A stretch of DNA of 64,000 nt from an uncultured Chloroflexia bacterium (GTDB lineage: Bacteria > Chloroflexota > Limnocylindria > Limnocylindrales > CSP1-4), in assembly GCA_963746845.1 (NCBI GenBank), contig CAVVCZ010000006.1:64001-128000 (forward strand), written 5' to 3'. This document shows positions 48,157 to 55,700 of the stretch, in pieces; position 1 is the stretch's first letter, and each line of letters opens with the position of its first letter. The notes beneath the pieces were generated by a model, which was not told the DNA's origin, searched no databases, and saw only the letters and a program-made list of their open reading frames with translations. Made by a program: the position numbers and the translations under genes.

Positions 48157-49599
48157 TCAGCCGCCGGCTGACGGCGACGGCGACGGCGACGGCGCGGCCG
48201 AGCCCGCGGGCTTGACCGGCGGCGGCGCGACGACCTTCAGCATCGAGCGGACGATCGCGGCCGGGTCCGCGCGGCTCTGGTTCGTGAGCACGGCGATCGT
48301 GAACCCGTCGGTCGGGAAGTGCCGGACCGCACCCCGGAACCCCAGCAGCTTGCCGCTGTGGCCGAGGCTCGGGTGGCCGTCGATCGTCAGCGCCTGGACG
48401 CCGAAGCTGTACGAGACACCCGGCAGGTAGCCCGTCGTCCGGGTGAAGTCGCTGAGCAACAGGGCCGTCCCGACCGGCCCGAGGACGTCGCCGCCGTACA
48501 GGGCCCGGGCCCAGCGGGCGATGTCCGCGCTCGTGCCCGCCAGCGAGCCGGCACCGCCGGCCGCCGTCACGACCGAGCGGAACGGCGCGACGCCGCTGCC
48601 ATCGGCAAGGTCCGCGGGGCGGGCCGTCGGCTTCGTGCTCGTGACGCGGTAGCCGTCCGCGAGCGGCGCGCGGTTCTTCTCGACCGCCTGGAACCAGGTC
48701 GCCCCCAGGCCGAGCTTGTCGAGGAACCGGGTCCGGATCGAGGTCGCGAGGGGCTGGCCGGTGGCGCGTTCCGCGATGAGCCCGAGGAGGAGGTAGTTCG
48801 TGTTCGAGTAGTGCCACGCCTTGCCGGGCGGCGAGAGCGGCTTGCCGACAAAGCGGAGGGCGTCGGCCGGGGTCCAGGTCCGGGTCGGGTTGCGCTGGAG
48901 GGCGCGATCGATCTTCGGGTTCAGGAAGTAGTCCGCGAGACCGCTCGTGTGGTCGAGCAGCATTCCGACGGTGATCCGTTTGTCGACGGTGATCGGGAGA
49001 CCGGCCGGCAGGAGCGTCGCCGCCGAATCGCCAAGCCGCAACTTGCCTTCCGCCACCAGCTCCAGGACGAGCGCCGACGTGAACGTCTTGCTCATGCTCG
49101 CGAACGCGAAGCCGGTGTCGGGAGCGACGGGGGTCTTCGCGGCGACGTCGGCGAAGCCCGACGCACCCGTCCAGATCGAGCCGTCGGGGAAGATCACCGC
49201 GACGGAGGCGCCGGGGATGGCGAGCTTGACGCGGACGCGGTCGAGGGTCGACTGGAGCCGTCGCTCGAGGGCCGTCCGCGCATCGACCGGGGCCGCGCTT
49301 GAAGACGGTGTCGGGCCGCTGGTCGCGGGGGCCGGCGATTGGGGGCCCGCGACGATCGGCGACGGGCCGGTCGACGCGACGCTGGCCGCCGGTGAGCCGC
49401 CCGCCGGTCTGCCGGTGGGCGGCGATGACGCGGCCGCGAGGACGGGCGGGCTCGACGAGCCCGGGCCCCCGAAGGCGCCGGCGAGCCCGACCCCGAGGAC
49501 GGCCAGGCCGGTGACCAGCACGGCCCCGACGGCGACGCGTCGCGGCGTCGACGCCGCGCGGCGGGGCGTGGGGCGGCTCGGCGTGACGGGTCGGGCCAT
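48157..49599 (-). CDS. Membrane-anchored serine hydrolase (S12 beta-lactamase/DD-peptidase family)
   Basis: ASMSK (SxxK), LLDHTSG, YSNTNY, GHSG; N-terminal TM and Pro/Ser linker. Confidence 0.9.
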   Translation of the reverse strand: MARPVTPSRPTPRRAASTPRRVAVGAVLVTGLAVLGVGLAGAFGGPGSSSPPVLAAASSPPTGRPAGGSPAASVASTGPSPIVAGPQSPAPATSGPTPSSSAAPVDARTALERRLQSTLDRVRVKLAIPGASVAVIFPDGSIWTGASGFADVAAKTPVAPDTGFAFASMSKTFTSALVLELVAEGKLRLGDSAATLLPAGLPITVDKRITVGMLLDHTSGLADYFLNPKIDRALQRNPTRTWTPADALRFVGKPLSPPGKAWHYSNTNYLLLGLIAERATGQPLATSIRTRFLDKLGLGATWFQAVEKNRAPLADGYRVTSTKPTARPADLADGSGVAPFRSVVTAAGGAGSLAGTSADIARWARALYGGDVLGPVGTALLLSDFTRTTGYLPGVSYSFGVQALTIDGHPSLGHSGKLLGFRGAVRHFPTDGFTIAVLTNQSRADPAAIVRSMLKVVAPPPVKPAGSAAPSPSPSPSAGG

Positions 49600-49676
49600 G
49601 TCGGTGCGACGATACCGTGGCCGTCGTCCGGACCGCGTCCGACCGGCCCGTCCGCTCTCAGACCTCGAGGTGTCGA

Positions 49677-50042
49677 TTGATCCGCTCCCTCCGCTTCCTC
49701 GGTGTCCGCACCGGCGCGTTCGATGCGACCGTGGCCCTGTATCGGGACGCGCTCGCCCTCCAGCCCGTGCTGGAGCGGCGCGGCGCGGCGTGGTTCCGCG
49801 CCGCGGACGGCGCCTCGATCCACGTCTACGACACCTCGGACGAGGACCACGACTTCTTCGACCACGGCCCGGTGGTCGGCTTCGAGGTCGACGACTTCGA
49901 AGCCGCCCGTGCGGCGCTCCTGGTGGCCGGGGTCTCATTCATCGGGGAGCCGCAGCGGGACGGCGGCGTCGCGTGGAACCACTACCGCGGCCCCGACGGC
50001 AACGTCTACGAGATCATCGGGCCGGATCGGAGCGGGACGTGA
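49677..50042 (+). CDS. VOC/glyoxalase family protein
   Basis: LYRDALAL, GFEVDDFEAA, YRGPDGNVYEI; start TTG 49677. Confidence 0.85.
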   Translation: MIRSLRFLGVRTGAFDATVALYRDALALQPVLERRGAAWFRAADGASIHVYDTSDEDHDFFDHGPVVGFEVDDFEAARAALLVAGVSFIGEPQRDGGVAWNHYRGPDGNVYEIIGPDRSGT

Positions 50043-51280
50043 CGAGCGTGCCGGGCGCCGCGGACCTCCTTCGGGACGTCGGGCTGCTCGCGGACGGTCC
50101 CGTCGTGTGGGGGCGGCCGGTGGGTGCCCGGCGGGGCGGGATCTTCCTCGTCGAGCTGCCCGAGCCGCGGCCGACCGCGCCGATCGGGCTGACGCTCGTC
50201 GGCAAGTGGCTCGAGCGGGTGCCGGACCTCCGCCTGGACGGATCCCGCCCGAGCTCGCGCGCGCTGGCCGCGCGTCTGGCGGCGTTCTGGCTGCCGTCAG
50301 CGCGGGTGCTGTACGTCGGCGCGACGGACGGCTCGATCGGCGGGCGGGTGGAGGCGATCCGGGCGACCGTCCTCGGCGATCAACGGCCACACAGTGGCGG
50401 GCACTGGCTCCACACGCTGAACGGGCTCGACAAGGCTCGGGTCTGGTGGGCACCGACCGACGCGGCCGAGGAGTACGAGGACGCGGTCCTCGATGCGTTC
50501 GCGGCGACGGTCCCGGCCGCGGAGCGGGCCGCGCTGCCGGACCCGGTGACGGTGCTGCCGTTCGCGAACCTCCGGACCGCGATGGGTGTCCGGAAGGCGA
50601 CCGGGCTGTCGAACAGCCTGCTGGCGGCCGAGACGGAGCGTCCGACGGTGATCCGACGGGTCGTCGAGCTGCCACCGGGCGCCGCCGAGGGAGCGAGCGG
50701 GATCCCGCCGACCCGGGCCGCCGGCGGGACGGTGCGCCGGGCGCCGCGACCGACGACTCGGGTCGCCACCGGGGCGACCGCGACGGGCACGACCGTCGCG
50801 GCCCGCCCCGCCGCCGAGACGACCTGGATCTCGGCGGACGGTCTCGAACGCCTGCGAGCCGAGCACGCAGAGCTCGTCGGCGTCCGCCGCCCGGAGGTCA
50901 TCGCCCGGATCAAGGCCGCCAAGGAGCTCGGCGACCTGAAGGAGAACGCCGACTACGCCGCGGCGCGCGAGGAGCAGTCGTTCCTGGAGGGCCGCATCGC
51001 GACGATTGAAGGGCTGCTGCGGGCCGCGGTCGTGATCGAGGAACCGGGCGCCGACGGGCGCATCCGCGTCGGATCGAGCGCGTCGGTCGAGGAGATCGGC
51101 GGCGACGGGGAGACCGTCGTGTACCGGATCGTCGGGTCGACCGAGGCGAATCCGGCGGCCGGCCGGATCTCGAACGCGTCACCGGTGGGACGAGCGCTCA
51201 TCGGACGGAGCGTCGGCGACGTCGTCACGGTGACGACGCCCCGCGGGGCGGTCGAGTACCGGATCGTCGCGGTCGAATAG
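50039..51280 (+). CDS. greA: Transcription elongation factor GreA with N-terminal GIY-YIG-like domain
   Basis: C-terminal GDLKENADY.AAREEQ, YRIVG, ISNASPVGRALIG; N-terminal GIFLV...LYVGAT...GRV...EEYE...PFAN; GTGA overlap with the VOC gene. Confidence 0.85.
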   Translation: MTSVPGAADLLRDVGLLADGPVVWGRPVGARRGGIFLVELPEPRPTAPIGLTLVGKWLERVPDLRLDGSRPSSRALAARLAAFWLPSARVLYVGATDGSIGGRVEAIRATVLGDQRPHSGGHWLHTLNGLDKARVWWAPTDAAEEYEDAVLDAFAATVPAAERAALPDPVTVLPFANLRTAMGVRKATGLSNSLLAAETERPTVIRRVVELPPGAAEGASGIPPTRAAGGTVRRAPRPTTRVATGATATGTTVAARPAAETTWISADGLERLRAEHAELVGVRRPEVIARIKAAKELGDLKENADYAAAREEQSFLEGRIATIEGLLRAAVVIEEPGADGRIRVGSSASVEEIGGDGETVVYRIVGSTEANPAAGRISNASPVGRALIGRSVGDVVTVTTPRGAVEYRIVAVE

Positions 51281-51492
51281 GCAGACGGCCGGAGCTGCCG
51301 CCAAAGGAGGCGAAGGGAACACGGCCGCGCGGCGCGGTCCCGCGCGGGTCGGCGGGACTGGAATCGGCGGCCGGGATGGGGGGACTCCCGGCCGCGGAGC
51401 TCAGGGTCGCCGCCGGACGGGTCCGGCGGCCACGGGCGATCGTCCGGTCCCGGCCCCGACGTCCGTCGAGGCCCGCGCCCGGCCGATTGTCG

Positions 51493-52158
51493 TCAGTCCC
51501 TGGCCGGTTCGACCAGCTTGTGCTCGACCGCCCAGAGGGCGGCCTGGGTCCGCGACGCGAGCCCGAGCTTGCCGAGGATGTTCGAGACGTAGGTCCGGGC
51601 GGTCCGCTCGGTGATGAACAGCGCGGAGCCGATCTCCTTGTTGCTCATCCCCTGGCCGAGCAGGCTCATGACGTCCTTCTCGCGGTCGGTCAGCGGCTCG
51701 ACGGGCTCGTCCTCGCCGGTCTTCTTCGCGCGCATCCGCTGGGCGAGGAGCCGGGCGACAGCGGGGTCGAGGTGGACCTCGCCCGCATAGGCAGCCCGGA
51801 CGGCGGCGGCGACCTCTTCGGCCTCGGCGTCCTTCAGGACGTAGCCGGAGGCGCCGGCCTCGAGGGCGGCGGTGACCTTCTCTTCCTCGATGAACGAGGT
51901 CATCGTGACGATCTCGATCTCGGGCCGCTCGGCCTTGATCCGGCCGATCGCGGTGACGCCGTCCATGTTCGGCATCAGGAGGTCCATCAGGACGACGTCC
52001 GGCTCGAGCCGGCGGGCCATCGCCACGCCCTCGCTGCCGTCCGCGGCCTCGCCGACGACGGTGATGTCGTCCTGCAGGTCGAAGAACACCCGCAGCCCCA
52101 TCCGGACGACGGAATGGTCGTCGACGATGAGCACGCGGATGCTGGTGTCGTCGGACAC
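51493..52158 (-). CDS. NarL/LuxR family response regulator
   Basis: IVDDH, VLMDLLMP, GYVLKD, LTDREKDV...GMSNKEI; start GTG 52158. Confidence 0.93.
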   Translation of the reverse strand: MSDDTSIRVLIVDDHSVVRMGLRVFFDLQDDITVVGEAADGSEGVAMARRLEPDVVLMDLLMPNMDGVTAIGRIKAERPEIEIVTMTSFIEEEKVTAALEAGASGYVLKDAEAEEVAAAVRAAYAGEVHLDPAVARLLAQRMRAKKTGEDEPVEPLTDREKDVMSLLGQGMSNKEIGSALFITERTARTYVSNILGKLGLASRTQAALWAVEHKLVEPARD

Positions 52159-52247
52159 GGTTCCTCCGAGGGCAGCCGGCCGGGAGTGACGGGACGCGGT
52201 GGCGGTCGGCACGGTCGAGTCTAGCAAGGTACGGATCTCCTCTCGGC

Positions 52248-52637
52248 TCACGCGACCGACCGACCCGAGGTCGAGACCACGGCGTCGATCAGCTCGTGCG
52301 GCCGGAATGTCTTTCGAGCGTAGGCATCGGCGCCGCTGGCCAGGTCCGCGGTATCGGACCAGTTGAGGACGAGGACACGGGCGGTCGGAGCGACCACCCG
52401 GATCTTCGCGATCAAGGCGGCACCGGCGTCGACACCCGGCAGGCGGGGATCGACGACGACGACATCGGGTTCGGAGTCCTTGGCGAGGCGAAGGGCGGCG
52501 TCGGCGGTGCCGGCACTGCCCACGACGAGACAGCGTTGACCGATCCGGAGCAAGCCGGCGAGGCTTTCGCGTACGCGATCGTCGGGATCGACGAGAAGCA
52601 CGCGGAGCGGAGCCGGCGCTGCAGCAGAGTCGGTCAT
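52248..52637 (-). CDS. Single-domain response regulator (receiver only)
   Basis: VLLVDPD, DVVVVDPRLP, AYARK. Confidence 0.8.
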   Translation of the reverse strand: MTDSAAAPAPLRVLLVDPDDRVRESLAGLLRIGQRCLVVGSAGTADAALRLAKDSEPDVVVVDPRLPGVDAGAALIAKIRVVAPTARVLVLNWSDTADLASGADAYARKTFRPHELIDAVVSTSGRSVA

Positions 52638-52701
52638 GAGCCGAAGTGTCGGCTCGTTGACACGGCAACCGACAGCGACCGACGTCGAGTCTCGGCCTAC
52701 G

Positions 52702-55700
52702 TCATTCCGCCGATGCGCGGATCGAGGCGACCGTCTCGCCCGACGGGGCGGACTCGTCGGCGGCGCGCGCGATCGCCTCCGGTGGGACGGTCACGACGAT
52801 CGTCGTCCCGTCGCCGATCCGGGAGTCGACGTCGAACCGGGCTCCGATCTTCTCGGCCCGGGCGCGCATCCCCGCGAGCCCCAGGTGGCCGTCCGGCACG
52901 GACGCGGCGTCGAAGCCCTTGCCGTCGTCGCGGATCCGGAGGACGACCGCGCCGCCCTTGCGCCCCACGGTCAGCTCGACCTGCCGGGCGCCGGCGTGCT
53001 TGACGACGTTGTGGAGCGCCTCCTGGGAGATCCGGTACAGGACCTCCTCGAGCGCGAGCGGCAACCGGTCGCCGAGGTCGCTCGTCACGACGATCGGCAG
53101 CCCGATCCGGCCCTGGAGGGCCGACGCGTGGGTCCGGAGGGCCAGCAGCAGGCCGTCGTTCTCGAGGTTGCCGGGGCGCAGCTCGAAGATCAGCGCCCGC
53201 ATCTCGGCGAGGGCCTCACGCTGGAGATCGCGGAGGGAGCCCAGCTTCTCCTTGGCGGCGGCCGGATCGCGGTCCACGAGCAGCTCCGTGCTCCGCGTGA
53301 TCAGGGTCATGCTGAACAGGGCCTGGGTGACCGAGTCGTGGAGCTCTCGGGCGAGGTGGGCGCGCTCCTGGCTCGACGCGAGCTCGCCCGCCTGGCGCAT
53401 CAGGTCGCGCTCGAGACGCTCGCGCTCGGTGATGTCGCGGGTCGCGCCGTGGATGCCGGTGAAGACACCGTCGACGGTCGCGCCGATCGAGCTGACCTCG
53501 ACCGCGACGGTCCCGCCGTCCTTGCGCAACAGCTCGAGCTTCACGACCTGGCGGGCCGACGGCTCGGCGACCAGCTGGGTCCAGCGGTCCACGGCAACCT
53601 CGAGCGACGCGGGATCGATGATCCGCGAGAAGTGCTGGCCGACCAGCTCGGTCTGGAGGTAGCCGGTCATCGTCTCGATCGTCTCGGACAGGAACGTGAA
53701 CACGCCCTGGTCGTCCGTGGAGAAGACGACGTCCGGGGCGTTCTCGACGAGGAACCGGTAGCGCTCCTCGGATTCGCGCAGCTCGCGCTCGAGGCGCGTC
53801 TGCTCGCTCATGTCGCGGACGCTCCCGTTCGCGCCCCCGAAGTGGCCGGTCTCGTCGCGGGTCGCGAACGCGATGAACTCGGTCGGGATCGGGTGACCGT
53901 CCTTGTGGAGCAGGTTCACCCGGCCACGGAGCTCCCGCCCGCCGCTGCCGTCGTCGGCGGCCAGCCCGACCGTCCAGTCGATCTCCGCGACCTCGCGCGA
54001 GGACTCGTGGACGAGGGCCCCGAAGTGCTTGCCGAGGAGCTCGTCGGCACCCCAGCCGGTCAGGCGCCGGCTCGTCGAGTCGGAGACGAACGTGAACCGG
54101 GCGTCGGCGTCGATCGACCAGACGAGGTCCGGCGAGTTCTGGACGAGGTTGCGGTAGCGCGCCTCGGACTCGCCGAGGAGCTCGTACAGGTTGGCGTTGG
54201 TCAGGGCGATCGCGGCCTGGTCGGCCAGGCCCTGGAGGAGGTCCAGCTCGTCGGGCAGGATCTCCCGCGGCCGGGCGTACGAGACCGCGAGCGTGCCGAT
54301 CACCTCGCCCGCGGGTGCCCGGAGTGGCGCCGCGGCGAGGGCCCGGAGCTGAAGCCGCTCGGCCGCGAGCTCGTCGTCGGGCTCGTGCGGGATCCGGGGG
54401 TCGTTCGCGTAGTCGTACGTCCAGACCGGCTGGACCTCGAGGGCAGCCAGGCCGTTGATCCCACCGCCGAGCGGGAACTGCATGCCCTTCAGCCAGTCCT
54501 CGGTGTCGCTGTCCATGCCGCCCGCGACGATGACCGGCACGAGGAAGGTGCCGTCGTCGGACATCCGGGTGAGGTGGGCGCCGTCGGACCCCAGCAGCCG
54601 GCGCGACTCCTCGACGACCCGGGCCAGGAGCTCGCCTGGATCGCCGAGCGAGGTGATCCGCGAGGCGATGTCCCGGAGCGATCGCTCGGTTTCCGCGCGC
54701 GCCGCGAGCTCGCGCTGCGAGCGCTCCAGCTCGTCGATCAGCCGGGCATTGAGCATCGCGATCGCCGCCTGGTCTGCCAGGGCGCCAAGGAGGTTCGCCT
54801 CGTCCGCCCCGAACGTGCCGGGCGTCGACGAGAAGACCGCGAGCGTGCCGAGCGCACCGCGCTCGGACACGAGCGGCGCGATCGCGATCGCCCGAAGCCC
54901 GATCTCCTTCGCGACCGCCGCGCCGTCGGCATCGGGCGCGAAGCGCGGGTCGCCGAGGTAGTCGATCGTGAAGAGGGGCGCTCGCCCGGCGATCGTCCGG
55001 CGGACGATGTCCTCGCCGACGCGCGTCGTCTCCCAGCGCCGGCTGCGCTCCTCGTCGAGGCCGCCGACGTAGCCCATCGCGATCGTTCCACTGATCGGGT
55101 CGAGCAGGTCGATGATCGCCCCGTCCGAGCCGAGCAGGCGGGCGGCCTCGTCGGCGACGTGCTGGAGCAGCTCGGGCGTGTCACGGATCGCGGTGATCCG
55201 GGCCGCGATCTCACGCAGGGAGCGTTCGGCCTCGGCGCGCCGGCTGATGTCCCGGCGCGACTGGTTCAGCTCCTCGATGAGGCGCGTGTTCGTGATCGCG
55301 ATCGCGGCCTGGGCGGCGAGCGAACGGATGACGCCGGCATCATCCGCGTCGAACGCCCCGGAGGCGCGGGAGTAGACCTCGAGCGCTCCGAGCGGACCGG
55401 CTTCCCCGCTGATCGGGGCGATGATCATCGAGCGGAAGCCGGTCACCCCGAAGAACCGGTCGTTGACCGCGGACGGCGGGAAGTGCAGCCCGAGATCGTC
55501 GCTGGCGGTCACCAGCCGGTTCTCGGCCACCGCGACGCCGGTCGCCCCGACGCCGACCGGGATCGTCAGCTCGGCGATCTCCTCCGGCGTGAACAGCGCG
55601 CCGATGCCCGAGTCGTAGGTCCAGCGCAGCACTCCGGCGCCCGGGTCGAGGAGGTCGAGCACGGACCCGTCCGCGCCCACGAGCCGCTGCGCGGCGTCGA

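Noticed and set aside
48947-50038. Apparent 777-aa GreA with a very long N-terminus
   Set aside because: The upstream part overlaps the serine hydrolase and VOC genes; the plausible start is the GTG at 50039
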